Shown piece after piece: positions 1 through 8,666 of a stretch of 34,140 bases of DNA. This stretch comes from Candidatus Rokuibacteriota bacterium (GTDB lineage: Bacteria; Methylomirabilota; Methylomirabilia; Rokubacteriales; CSP1-6), in the NCBI GenBank assembly GCA_016184305.1, contig JACPCX010000134.1, forward strand, positions 1 through 34,140. The letters are read 5' to 3'. Under the pieces are notes generated by a model that searched no databases, had not been told where the DNA came from, and was given only the letters and a program-made list of their open reading frames with translations. Each line of letters opens with the position of its first letter. The first letter of the stretch is position 1. The position numbers and the translations under genes were made by a program.

Positions 1-444
1 GAGGTTCTCGGCCAGCGACTCGACCGCGGCCGAGGCGACGGCCCCTTCATCCAGATCCCCCGTGGGCCGGCTCACCAGATGGAGCCCGAGCGCCCGCCGA
101 GCCCCCTCGAGATCGCCCCGCGCCAGGGCCTGCTGCACCTCGCGCACGGAGCCGAAGAGCCGCCTCACCGAGAAGGCGCACTTGAGAAGCCACGCCACGA
201 CGACCAGGCGGAGGAGCGGCCAGCCGCTCGCCCCCGCCTGCACCAGCCATGCCCCCGCGGCTGCGGCTCCCGCCACCAGCAGGACGAGGAGCGTGCCGTG
301 GAGCAGCAGGAGCCACGCCGGGCCCTGCGGCGCGACCCTCGTGCCCGCGCCGAGGACGCGGCCGATCCACGCCACGGGGTGCCAGCGGTTGGGCGGCTCG
401 CCGAGCGTCAGGTCCAGCGCGAGCGCGACCAGCAGCACCGTCAT
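1..444 (-). CDS. cbiB: Adenosylcobinamide-phosphate synthase CbiB/CobD family (5' part; runs off the window edge)
   Basis: Not in the ORF track. Manual translation from ATG at 444 gives MTVLLVALALDLTLGEPPNRWHPVAWIGR...LVSRPT..LDE..VASAAVESLAENL, with the CbiB motifs D..LGEP...HPV.WIG and ESLAEN. Cob operon context. Confidence 0.92.
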   Translation of the reverse strand, partial: MTVLLVALALDLTLGEPPNRWHPVAWIGRVLGAGTRVAPQGPAWLLLLHGTLLVLLVAGAAAAGAWLVQAGASGWPLLRLVVVAWLLKCAFSVRRLFGSVREVQQALARGDLEGARRALGLHLVSRPTGDLDEGAVASAAVESLAENL

Positions 445-455
445 GGCCTGACGGA

Positions 456-1457
456 TCAGCGCAGCTCGAAGACCAGCGGGAGCTTCACCCTGAGTGGTCG
501 CGCGGGGAGCGTCTCGGGCAGGGGGACCGGCGCCATCTGTCTCACCGTGTCCGCGGCCGCCTCGTCCAGGAGGGCGTGAGACGAGGAGGACGAGACCGCC
601 ACGTTCTGGACTCTTCCGCCCGGATCGATCAGCACCTCGATCTCCACCGCCCCGGACAGCCCCCGGCGGCGCGCCGCCAGCGGATAGACGAGCGCATCCT
701 GAACCCGCTGGCGGAAGCGAGCGAGATAGGGCCCATACTCGCCCGGGACGCCCCCGCGCCCCTCTCCCGGGAGCGCCAGCGCCAGCCGCGATCCTCCACT
801 GACGCCAAGCCCCTCCCCTCCGTCGCGCCCGCCCGGCGCTACCCCCGTTGCGCCGCCACCCGCGGCGCCGGTTCCCGCGCCGGATTCGGTCCGAGGACCC
901 GAGGACGCCACCTGGGCGCCGGGCGCGGAAGAGCCCAAGGCCCCGTCGCTCACACCCGCAGGTCGACTCGCGGAGGACCCGGCGCCAGGGTCGGCTCTGC
1001 GGGCGAGGAGCGCTCCCGACGACGCCTCGAGCGGCGCGGCGTGGCGCTCACCTGGCCGCACCACCTCCGCGCTCCCCGCCAGGGCGCGCGAGGGCCATGT
1101 CTCGCCGGGGCCAGCCGCCGGCACCGGAGCGACGGCAGACGCGGGGGCGGCGGGCACGCTCGCGGGGACGCCCGGAGCCATGGGGGCGCCGGCCGGGCTC
1201 GCGGGAGCTGTCCCCGGGATGGGGGCCGGGTCCGACGCTCGCGCGGCCTGGCTGGCTCTCCGGGCCGGCCCATCGCCCGAGGCGCCTCGAGCGCCAGCGC
1301 CGGCGGGCGCCCGCGGGCTGGCGGCCTCCCATGCCGACAGGTCCACCACGGGCGCCGGGGGAAAGCCCGCTTTCACGGCGACGACCGTCAGGAGCGCGAG
1401 CGCCGCCGCGTGGAGCCCAGCCGAGCCCAGCAGGAGCGCCGCCCACCGCGCGCTCAC
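456..1457 (-). CDS. tonB: Energy transducer TonB family protein
   Basis: N-terminal anchor SAGLHAAAL (S-x3-H), long Ala/Pro/Gly linker, and TonB C-domain YPLAARRRGLSGAVEIEVLIDPGG...SSSSHALLDEAA...PLVFEL. Start set at GTG 1457, which overlaps the cbiZ stop (GTGA); the track ORF starts at 1526. Confidence 0.85.
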   Translation of the reverse strand: MSARWAALLLGSAGLHAAALALLTVVAVKAGFPPAPVVDLSAWEAASPRAPAGAGARGASGDGPARRASQAARASDPAPIPGTAPASPAGAPMAPGVPASVPAAPASAVAPVPAAGPGETWPSRALAGSAEVVRPGERHAAPLEASSGALLARRADPGAGSSASRPAGVSDGALGSSAPGAQVASSGPRTESGAGTGAAGGGATGVAPGGRDGGEGLGVSGGSRLALALPGEGRGGVPGEYGPYLARFRQRVQDALVYPLAARRRGLSGAVEIEVLIDPGGRVQNVAVSSSSSHALLDEAAADTVRQMAPVPLPETLPARPLRVKLPLVFELR

Positions 1458-2107
1458 GGATTGCGCTCCTTCCAGCCGCGAATCCCGTCTGCAAGAGCCT
1501 CCCGAACCGCACGCCCGACCACCCACCCCAGCCCGCTCGCGGGCCCGCCGAAGCGCGCGCGGGGGCCGCGCCCGGTGGCGGCGATCACCACCGCATCGGT
1601 CGAGGTGCCCGTGGCCGGGCCGCCGTCACCGTCGCCGATGCTGGCCTCCATGAGCGCCAGCGCTTTCACCTCGGTGGCGGTGATCACGGCGTTGACGAGG
1701 GCGGCGGGCTCGGGATCGGCTTCGACGACCACGATGGTGTTGATGGTGGAGAGCGCCCAGGGGCGGGCCGCGCTGCGTCCCGCGGCGATGCGGTTGCTAA
1801 GCCCCACCGTGGCCACGGCCACCGCCTGGAAACCGAAGCCCGCAGCCTCGCCCACCGTCGCATGCTCGGTCCAGGCAGAGGTGAGGAGCCCCACGTAGGG
1901 CTCGTGCACAGCCGCGCGCCGGGCAAACGTCTCGATCATCCCTGGCGGGTCCACGCACGGGTCGTCCTTGGCCACGTGCAGGTTGATGACAGCGCGGGCC
2001 TCGGCCAGCCCGCCCCCCACGACGGCGGAGGAGAGCACGCGGAGCAGCAGCGGCCAGCGCACCACCACCGCCTCGCGGCCGATCTCGACGGAGAGCCCCG
2101 GAATCAC
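1454..2107 (-). CDS. cbiZ: Adenosylcobinamide amidohydrolase CbiZ family
   Basis: Motifs LSSAVVGGG, VGLLTSA, VATVGLSN, TINTIV, NAVITATEVK and ATGTSTDAVVIA; located inside the cob/btu operon. Confidence 0.88.
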   Translation of the reverse strand: MIPGLSVEIGREAVVVRWPLLLRVLSSAVVGGGLAEARAVINLHVAKDDPCVDPPGMIETFARRAAVHEPYVGLLTSAWTEHATVGEAAGFGFQAVAVATVGLSNRIAAGRSAARPWALSTINTIVVVEADPEPAALVNAVITATEVKALALMEASIGDGDGGPATGTSTDAVVIAATGRGPRARFGGPASGLGWVVGRAVREALADGIRGWKERNP

Positions 2108-2117
2108 CCGCCGCCTC

Positions 2118-4007
2118 TCAGAAGCTCGCCCGGAGGCCCACGAGGGCCTGAGTGCCGAGCGCCGGGAAGCCGCGGACCTCCGCGTACCCCTCGTCGAGCA
2201 GGTTCTGGATGCGCGCCGTGAGCTCCAGCGCCTGCAGCCAGCCGTAGCGATCGAGGGCCCGGTAGGTGCCGCCCACGTCCACCCGCGTGTGGCCCCGGTT
2301 GTACCCCACCGTCTCGCTCTCGAACTGGCGCGAGCTGGTGTGGACCTGGGTGAAGAGCGACAGCCGCCGGATCGGCTCCCAGGTGAGCCCCAGGTGCCAG
2401 CGATGGCGCGGCTCGCGCGCCAGGGGCCGGTTCGAACCCTGCGTCTCCGAGTCGGTATACGTGTAGTTCACGGAGGCCACGAGGTTCTTCAGAAGGTCCA
2501 CCTCCGAGGTGGCCTCGATGCCCGCCGTCTTCGCGCGGGCCAGGTTCACGACGGCCACGAAGGGGGCGACCGGGATGGACACGAACCGGATGAGGTTCTC
2601 GAAGTCGTTGTGGAAGTAGGTGAGGCCGAGCCGGATCCGCTCCTGCCAGAGCTTCTGGTCGGCGCCGACCTCCCAGGAAAAGCTCTTCTCCGGCTTCAGC
2701 GCGGGGTTGGAGAAGCCCGGGTAGAAGAGGTCGTTGAGCGTCGGGGCGCGGAAGCCCGACCCCGCGCCGCCCCGGATGCGCGTGCCCCAGGCCTTGATCA
2801 CGTACGCGAGCGACCCGCGCTCCGTGGTCTCCGTGCCGAAGACGCTGTGGTCCTCCACCCGGAAGCCGCCCGTGAGGAAGAGCCGGTCGAAGAAGCGGAG
2901 CTGCTCCTCGAAGAAGACGGACTGGGTGTGGGTCCGCGAGCGGAAGACCCCCTTGTTCTCCCCCTCCTCGTGCCGGTACTCGAGCCCGACCGTGCTCGTG
3001 CTCCACTTGCCCGCGTGCAAGGCGTTGATCCACTCCGCCTCCCTGCGCTCCACGTTGATCTGCGCGAAGGACGGGAAGTCGAAGGCGTAGCCCGGGTCCA
3101 CCGGGTCCTGGAAGCCGAGGCTGTTCTCGTAGCGGGAGATCCGCCCCCGGCTCTCCCACCACGGCACCGGTCGCGTCTTCCCCTCGAGCGTCAGGACGAG
3201 CGTCTCGCTCTGCTGCCGCTGGTTCACGTCGATCAGCGGCTCTACCGCCAGCGGGCCGCAGCAGACGAACTTCACGGGCAAGTCCGTGTCCGTGCGGTTC
3301 CAGCGGGCGACGAAGGCAAGATGGCTGTCCCACGGCAGCGCCACCCCCAGCCGGCCGGAGAGCGCGTTCTCGTCGGAGCCGTCGTTCCTGAACTGGCCGT
3401 TGCTCTCGAGATGGGAGGCGGCGAACGAGTAGTCGAGGATCTTCCACTGCCCGCCGCCCGAGACGCGCGAGCGCAGCGTGTCGTAGTTGCCCACCTCCTG
3501 CTGGACGGAGGCGCTGAAGGGCCCCTTCCCCCGCTTGGTGATGATGTGGACCACGCCGCCGATGGCGTCGGCGCCATAGAGCGTGGACTGGGGCCCGCGG
3601 ATGATCTCGATCCGCTCGATGAGGTCCGGGGAGATGTCCGACAGGTCGGCCTGACCGGTGGTCGGGCTCTTGACGCGCACGCCATCCACGAGCACCTGCA
3701 CCTGGTTGGCCGTGGCCCCCCGGATGGTGATGCTCGTGGTCTTGCCGAGGCTGCCGGAGCGGCGGATCTCGAGCCCCGGCACGGTCCGGAGCGCCTCGTC
3801 CACCGTCGCGTAATGATACGTCTTGAAGTCTTCCTCGGTCACCAGGCTCACGGAAGTCCCCACCTCCGCCGCCGGCGTCTCGATCCTGGTCGCCGTCACC
3901 ACCACCGGCTCCACCCGCTTGCTTTCCTGGGCCGGGGCCGCGGGCGGGAATGCCGCCAGCAGCATCCCCGCGAGCGCCCAGCCGCCGATCCGTCCGTCCA
4001 CTGTCAT
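2118..4007 (-). CDS. btuB: TonB-dependent cobalamin receptor (BtuB-like)
   Basis: Signal peptide, TonB box EPVVVTATR, plug motif IERIEIIRGPQSTLYGADAIGGVV, GFRAPTLNDLF, C-terminal Phe. RBS AGGAGGAG just upstream of ATG 4007. The track's extension to 4298 runs through the riboswitch. Confidence 0.9.
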   Translation of the reverse strand: MTVDGRIGGWALAGMLLAAFPPAAPAQESKRVEPVVVTATRIETPAAEVGTSVSLVTEEDFKTYHYATVDEALRTVPGLEIRRSGSLGKTTSITIRGATANQVQVLVDGVRVKSPTTGQADLSDISPDLIERIEIIRGPQSTLYGADAIGGVVHIITKRGKGPFSASVQQEVGNYDTLRSRVSGGGQWKILDYSFAASHLESNGQFRNDGSDENALSGRLGVALPWDSHLAFVARWNRTDTDLPVKFVCCGPLAVEPLIDVNQRQQSETLVLTLEGKTRPVPWWESRGRISRYENSLGFQDPVDPGYAFDFPSFAQINVERREAEWINALHAGKWSTSTVGLEYRHEEGENKGVFRSRTHTQSVFFEEQLRFFDRLFLTGGFRVEDHSVFGTETTERGSLAYVIKAWGTRIRGGAGSGFRAPTLNDLFYPGFSNPALKPEKSFSWEVGADQKLWQERIRLGLTYFHNDFENLIRFVSIPVAPFVAVVNLARAKTAGIEATSEVDLLKNLVASVNYTYTDSETQGSNRPLAREPRHRWHLGLTWEPIRRLSLFTQVHTSSRQFESETVGYNRGHTRVDVGGTYRALDRYGWLQALELTARIQNLLDEGYAEVRGFPALGTQALVGLRASF

Positions 4008-4044
4008 CACCACTCCTCCTGCCTCGAAAGGGTGTGAGGTCCAT

Positions 4045-4233
4045 GCGCCCCGGACAGGTCTCCTGACTCGTGGATCGTCGCCGCACGTCCGGCCTTCCCA
4101 GGATCGCTCCCAGTGGCTCCCCGGAGGCCGCTGCCGCCGGGGCTCGGACATGGCTCCCCACTCACAGTGGCGGGACCGTGCCGGATTCAGCCCGAGGATC
4201 GGGCCTCTACCGGCTTCCCTTCGACCGGGGCGC
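4045..4233 (-). ncRNA. Cobalamin riboswitch (operon-internal, upstream of btuB)
   Basis: Minus strand reads AAGGGAAGCCGGT...AATCCGGCACGGTCCCGCCACTGT...GCCACTGGGA...GGGAAGGC...GAGTCAGGAGACCTG (B12 box). P1 is GCGCCCCGG/CCGGGGCGC. Confidence 0.93.
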
Positions 4234-4278
4234 CTCATGTCGCATGCCGCCTGTGTCACGCTGGTTGCTGTCCCCGGA

Positions 4279-5109
4279 TCACCCCCTCCGTACCGCATCG
4301 GGCTCGGGCCAGATCACATGCACGACGGGCCGCCGGCTCGACGGGTGCTTCTCGACGGTGACGCGGCAGCCGTAGACGGCCTCGAGCCTCTGTTCGTCGA
4401 GCACGGACTCGGGCGGACCGAGGCTGACCGCCGAGCCCCGGTCGAGCAGCAGGAGACGGTGGGACACCTCCGCCGCCAGGTTCAGATCGTGAGACACGAG
4501 CACCACGCCGAGGCCGGCCTCCGCGTTGAGGCGGCGCAGCAGTCCCACCGCCTCCGCCTGGTAGCGGAGGTCGAGATGCGCGGTGGGCTCGTCCAGCACC
4601 AGGAGCCGCGGCCGCTGGGCCAGGGCCCGGGCCAGCACGACGCGCTGGCGCTCGCCGCCGCTCAGCCGGTCCAGCGGCTCATGCGCGAGGTCGAGCACCC
4701 CGGTCAGCTCCATTGCCTCGCGCGCTGCGGCCCGGTCCTGGTCGCTCTCGAAGAAGCGCCCGGGCGCATGCGGGAAGCGCCCCATGAGGACCAGCTCGCC
4801 CGCCGTGTACGGGAACCCCCGCGGCACGTCCTGCGGGACCACGGCCACGCGCTGGGCCACGGATGCTCGCGTCAGCCGGGTCAGCGGTGTGCCCTCGAGG
4901 AGGATCTCGCCGCGCGCCGGCGCCACGACCCGGGACAGCAGGCGGATGAGGGTCGTCTTCCCGGACGCGTTGGGGCCGATGATCCCGAGGATCTCGCCCT
5001 CCTCGACAGCGAAAGACAGGTCGCGGATCTGGAACGGGGCGCGCCCGCGTCCTTCACCGGGCGAGGGGTAGGCAAAGCTCACGCCACGCAGCTCGAGGAG
5101 GGGAGTCAC
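4279..5109 (-). CDS. btuD: Cobalamin/iron-siderophore ABC transporter ATP-binding protein
   Basis: Walker A GPNASGKTT, signature LSGGERQRV, Walker B LLVLDEPTAHLD, SHDLNLA. Confidence 0.9.
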   Translation of the reverse strand: MTPLLELRGVSFAYPSPGEGRGRAPFQIRDLSFAVEEGEILGIIGPNASGKTTLIRLLSRVVAPARGEILLEGTPLTRLTRASVAQRVAVVPQDVPRGFPYTAGELVLMGRFPHAPGRFFESDQDRAAAREAMELTGVLDLAHEPLDRLSGGERQRVVLARALAQRPRLLVLDEPTAHLDLRYQAEAVGLLRRLNAEAGLGVVLVSHDLNLAAEVSHRLLLLDRGSAVSLGPPESVLDEQRLEAVYGCRVTVEKHPSSRRPVVHVIWPEPDAVRRG

Positions 5110-6125
5110 GGGTTGACCCTCGCCCCTCGCGAGCGGAGCAGCGCGACGAACACCGGGGCCCCGCAGAAGGACGTGATCACGCCGACGGATAGCTCCGCCG
5201 GCGCCACCAGGCTCCGGGCCAGCGTGTCCGCGGCCAGCAGGAAGACGCCGCCGCCGAGCAGAGCAGCCAGGACCAGCACGCGGTTGTCCGACCCCAGGAG
5301 CATCCGCAGCGCGTGGGGAACGATGAGCCCCACGAAGCCGATGGGCCCGGCGAAGGCAACCACGGCTGCGGTGAGGAGCGCTGCCCCCACGAAGACCCGG
5401 CGCTTCACCGCCTCGGCGTCCACCCCGAGCTGGAGCGCCGCCTCCTCGCCGAGCGCGAGGAGGTTGAGCCGGCGGGCCTGGCTGCCGATGAGCGCGACGC
5501 CGATCGCGGTGAGGGCGGCGAAGACGAGCAGCGGGCCAGGGGGAATGGGCGCCACGCTGCCGAGGAGCCAGTGGATCACCCCGCCCAGCCGGTTGGTGTC
5601 CACGATGGAGATGAGCACGGTGATGGCCGAGGAGAAGAAGATCCCCACGATGACGCCCGCCAGGAGAAGCGTGTGCACGGGCAGCCCGGCGGCCGTCGAG
5701 GCGATCAGGTACACGGCGCCCCCCGCGACGAAGGCCCCGGCGAAGGCGAAGGCCGTGAGCCCGATCGCCTCGAGCACGCTGAGGCCGAGCCCGAAGAGCT
5801 GCCCCGTCACGACGCCGAAGGCCGCCCCGCTGGCGACGCCCAGCACCGAGGGCTCCGCGAGCGGGTTGCGGGTGAGCGCCTGGAACCCCACGCCCGCCAC
5901 GGCGAGAGCGCCGCCGGCGAGGGCCGCCACGATGATCCGCGGCAGCCTGAGATCGAGCACCACCACAACCGCCACGGCCTCCGCCGTCTCACTGCCGGCG
6001 AGCACCGCCAGGACAGAGGCCGGGGTGACGGCGGCGCTGCCCACGAAGAGGGCGGCCGTCCCCGCGAGCCCGAGGACGAGCCCGAGGGCGCCGATGATCG
6101 CCGCGAGCCGCGCTCCGGGCGTCAT
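5106..6125 (-). CDS. btuC: Cobalamin ABC transporter permease (FecCD family)
   Basis: LRLPRI, FQALTRNPLAEPSVLGVASGAAFG, GPIGFVGLIVPH, VGVITSFCGAP; multiple hydrophobic helices. Confidence 0.9.
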   Translation of the reverse strand: MTPGARLAAIIGALGLVLGLAGTAALFVGSAAVTPASVLAVLAGSETAEAVAVVVVLDLRLPRIIVAALAGGALAVAGVGFQALTRNPLAEPSVLGVASGAAFGVVTGQLFGLGLSVLEAIGLTAFAFAGAFVAGGAVYLIASTAAGLPVHTLLLAGVIVGIFFSSAITVLISIVDTNRLGGVIHWLLGSVAPIPPGPLLVFAALTAIGVALIGSQARRLNLLALGEEAALQLGVDAEAVKRRVFVGAALLTAAVVAFAGPIGFVGLIVPHALRMLLGSDNRVLVLAALLGGGVFLLAADTLARSLVAPAELSVGVITSFCGAPVFVALLRSRGARVNP

Positions 6126-6163
6126 TTATCTTGGTTGAATGTGGATGACATCGGGTTGCGGTT

Positions 6164-6335
6164 GGGCCTCTTCGCCCTCATCGGGCTCATCGGGGCGCCC
6201 GAGACACCGCGGGCCTCTTCGCCCTCATCGGGCTCATCGGGGCGCCCGAGCCACCGCGGGCCTCTTCGCCCTCATCGGGCTCATCGGGGCGCCCGAGCCA
6301 CCGCGGGCCTCTTCGCCCTCATCGGGCTCATCGGG
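6164..6335. repeat. 47-bp tandem repeat, about 3.7 copies, between btuF and btuC
   Basis: Unit gggcctcttcgccctcatcgggctcatcggggcgcccgagccaccgc starts at 6164, 6211, 6258 and 6305 (partial). One substitution in the first copy (gagacacc). No spacers. Confidence 0.97.
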
Positions 6336-7290
6336 CCGAGGCCCGCGGGAAGGCGTCGGGATGGATCAGGCGCGCCAGCTCCTGGAGCGCGTCCACGATG
6401 CGCGGCCCGTAGCGGTGGAAGAGATCGCCGTCCACGGTGTGGAGCCGGCCGGATCTGATGGCGGGCAGGTGCGCGACCCGCTCCCACCGGTCGCGGGCCA
6501 CGGGCCCCGTGCCCGCGCCGTGGCGGGCCAGCAGGATCACCTCGGGAGCCCGGGCCACCGCCGCCTCGATGCTGTAGCGCGGGTAGCCCTCGCCGGCCTC
6601 GGCGGTCACCGACTCGCCCCCCGCCAGCGCGATCAGCTCGGAGACGACGGCGCCTCGCCCCGGGACGATCAGCGGCTCGGGCCAGAGCACGTAGAGCACG
6701 CGCGGACGCGGGCGCGCCGCAACCCGCTCCGCCACGGTCTTGATGCGTTGCCTCAGCCTTGCCACCGCCTGTCCCGCCGCCTCGCGACGCTCGGTGATCT
6801 CTCCGAGCCCCTCCATCATCCGCAGCACGTCGCCCACGCTCGCGGGGTTCACCAGGTAGACGGCAATCCTGAGCCGCTCGAGCTGGGCGACAGTTTCCTC
6901 GCGGTTGCCGGATGCGGTGGCCACGACGAGATCGGGCTTGAGCGCGACCATGGTCTCGAGGCTCGGGGCAAGCATCCCTCCGACGCTCGGCTTGCGCCTG
7001 GCCTCGGGCGGGTAGTCGCAGAAGTCGGTGACACCGACCAGGCGATCCTGGGCGCCGATGGCGAAGAGCATCTCCGTCGCCCCCGGCACGAGCGAGACGA
7101 TGCGCTTCGGCAGGGCGGGCAGGGTCAGCGAGCGCCCCGTCTGGTCGGTCACCGTGAGGGCGCTGGCGCCGACAGGGACGAGCGCCGCCAGCATCGCCAG
7201 GCCCGCGATCAGCGCCCTCCTCACCTTCATCCTCTCCCCCAGCGGGGGAGAGGGCAGCGTGAGGGGGCTCCGGCGACGCGCGCCCCTCAT
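6328..7290 (-). CDS. btuF: Cobalamin-binding periplasmic protein BtuF
   Basis: RIVSLVPGATEMLFAIG, VGVTDFCDYPPEA, ALKPDLV, RYGPRIVDAL. The signal peptide starts at Met 7230 (MKVRRALIAGLAMLAAL). ATG 7290 overlaps the cbiA stop, so the true start is ambiguous. Confidence 0.9.
   Translation of the reverse strand: MRGARRRSPLTLPSPPLGERMKVRRALIAGLAMLAALVPVGASALTVTDQTGRSLTLPALPKRIVSLVPGATEMLFAIGAQDRLVGVTDFCDYPPEARRKPSVGGMLAPSLETMVALKPDLVVATASGNREETVAQLERLRIAVYLVNPASVGDVLRMMEGLGEITERREAAGQAVARLRQRIKTVAERVAARPRPRVLYVLWPEPLIVPGRGAVVSELIALAGGESVTAEAGEGYPRYSIEAAVARAPEVILLARHGAGTGPVARDRWERVAHLPAIRSGRLHTVDGDLFHRYGPRIVDALQELARLIHPDAFPRASAR
7219..7266. repeat. REP-like palindrome, CCCTCTCCC family (copy 1)
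   Basis: cctcacc-ttcat-cctctccccc-agc-gggggagagg-gcagc-gtgagg hairpin; related copies at 19749-19785 and 21206-21240. Confidence 0.8.
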
Positions 7291-8666
7291 CGCCTGGCTC
7301 TCCAGCAGGCGTCGACAAACCCCGCGGCGAGCGCAGGGTTGGAGCCCCAGTGCAGGTGCACATAGCTCATGAGCGCCCCGCCCACCACGAATCCCTCGGG
7401 GCGTGGCTCGTCGCCGCCGTGAGAGCGCACCTCGTAGATGCGCTCGACCGAGGCCGGCGGCGACTCGAGCGTCGAGCAGTGGAACTCGTGACCACGGGCC
7501 GTGGAGCCGGCAGGCCCCAGCGGGCCCGCCGCCATCGTCCTCACCTCCCGGTAGCCGAGAACGGGATGCCCCCGCCGCATCCGCACCCGCGAGGGGAGCA
7601 CGCCCACCATGGGCCAGGCGGCGCCGTCCACATCATCGAGGGACTCGGCCAGGTACATGAGGCCGCCGCACTCCGCATAGACGGGCCGGCCCGAGGCGGC
7701 GAACTCGGCCACGGCCCGGCGCATGGCGACATTGGCCGACAGCGCCTTGGCGTGGAGCTCCGGGTAGCCGCCGCCGATGTAGAGGCCGTCCACCTCCGGG
7801 AGGTCCTCGTCCTCCACGGCTGAGAAGACGCAGAGCTCGGCGCCGGCCGCCGTCAGCGCCTCGAGGTTGTCGGCGTAGTAGAACTGAAACGCCCGATCGC
7901 GGGCGATACCGATCCGCACCTGGTGTACCGGGGAAGGGTCCGGTGCGCGCCCGGATCGGGGGATGCGGGAGCTCGCGAGGCTCACGACGGCATCGAGGTC
8001 CACGTGCTCCTCGACGAGCGCGGCGAGCCCCTCGCGGAGCGCTCGCGTGTAGCCGCCCTCGGCCGCGGTGACGAGCCCCAGGTGACGCTCGGGGAGCGCG
8101 AGCCCGGAGCGAGCCGGCACGGCGCCCAGCGCCCGGGCGCGGCACAACCCCGTGAGCGCATCTGTGAGCCAGCGGCGGTGGAGCGGTCCGCCCACGCGGT
8201 TCCAGATCACCCCGGCGAGATCGAGGTCGGGGTCGAACCGCTCGAATCCGAGGACGAGGGCGCCCGCGCTCCGGGCCATGGCTCCCGCATCCACGACGAG
8301 CACCACGGGCGCGCCGAGCCACTTCGCCACCTCGGCAGTGGAGCCGACCTCGCTCGCCCCCTCGCAGCCGTCGAAGCACCCCATGACGCCTTCGACCACA
8401 GCGAGATCTGCGCCGGCCGCGTGGCGCGCCACAGCGTCCACCACATGCTCGCGGCCGCACATCCAGCCGTCGAGATTGCGCGAGGGACGACCCGTGGCGA
8501 GGGCGTGGAAGCCCGGGTCGATGAAGTCGGGCCCCACCTTGAAGGCCTGGACGGTGAGCCCTCGCCGCCCCAGCGCCTCGAGAATCCCCAGCGTGATGGT
8601 GGTCTTCCCCACGCCGCTCGAGACTCCGGCGACGACCATCACCGGGACGCGAGGGGAATCCGTCAT
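7287..8666 (-). CDS. cbiA: Cobyrinate a,c-diamide synthase
   Basis: SGVGKTT, FKVGPDFIDP, VVEGVMG, LPERHLGLV, glutaminase-domain AECGGLMYL, RGHEFH, SYVHLH. Confidence 0.93.
   Translation of the reverse strand: MTDSPRVPVMVVAGVSSGVGKTTITLGILEALGRRGLTVQAFKVGPDFIDPGFHALATGRPSRNLDGWMCGREHVVDAVARHAAGADLAVVEGVMGCFDGCEGASEVGSTAEVAKWLGAPVVLVVDAGAMARSAGALVLGFERFDPDLDLAGVIWNRVGGPLHRRWLTDALTGLCRARALGAVPARSGLALPERHLGLVTAAEGGYTRALREGLAALVEEHVDLDAVVSLASSRIPRSGRAPDPSPVHQVRIGIARDRAFQFYYADNLEALTAAGAELCVFSAVEDEDLPEVDGLYIGGGYPELHAKALSANVAMRRAVAEFAASGRPVYAECGGLMYLAESLDDVDGAAWPMVGVLPSRVRMRRGHPVLGYREVRTMAAGPLGPAGSTARGHEFHCSTLESPPASVERIYEVRSHGGDEPRPEGFVVGGALMSYVHLHWGSNPALAAGFVDACWRARR

Noticed and set aside
4008..4298. 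96-aa N-terminal extension of BtuB in the ORF track
   Set aside because: It runs through the riboswitch. A strong RBS and signal peptide place the start at 4007.
6164..6335. 47-bp repeats as a CRISPR array
   Set aside because: The units are contiguous and near-identical with no unique spacers, and no cas genes are present.
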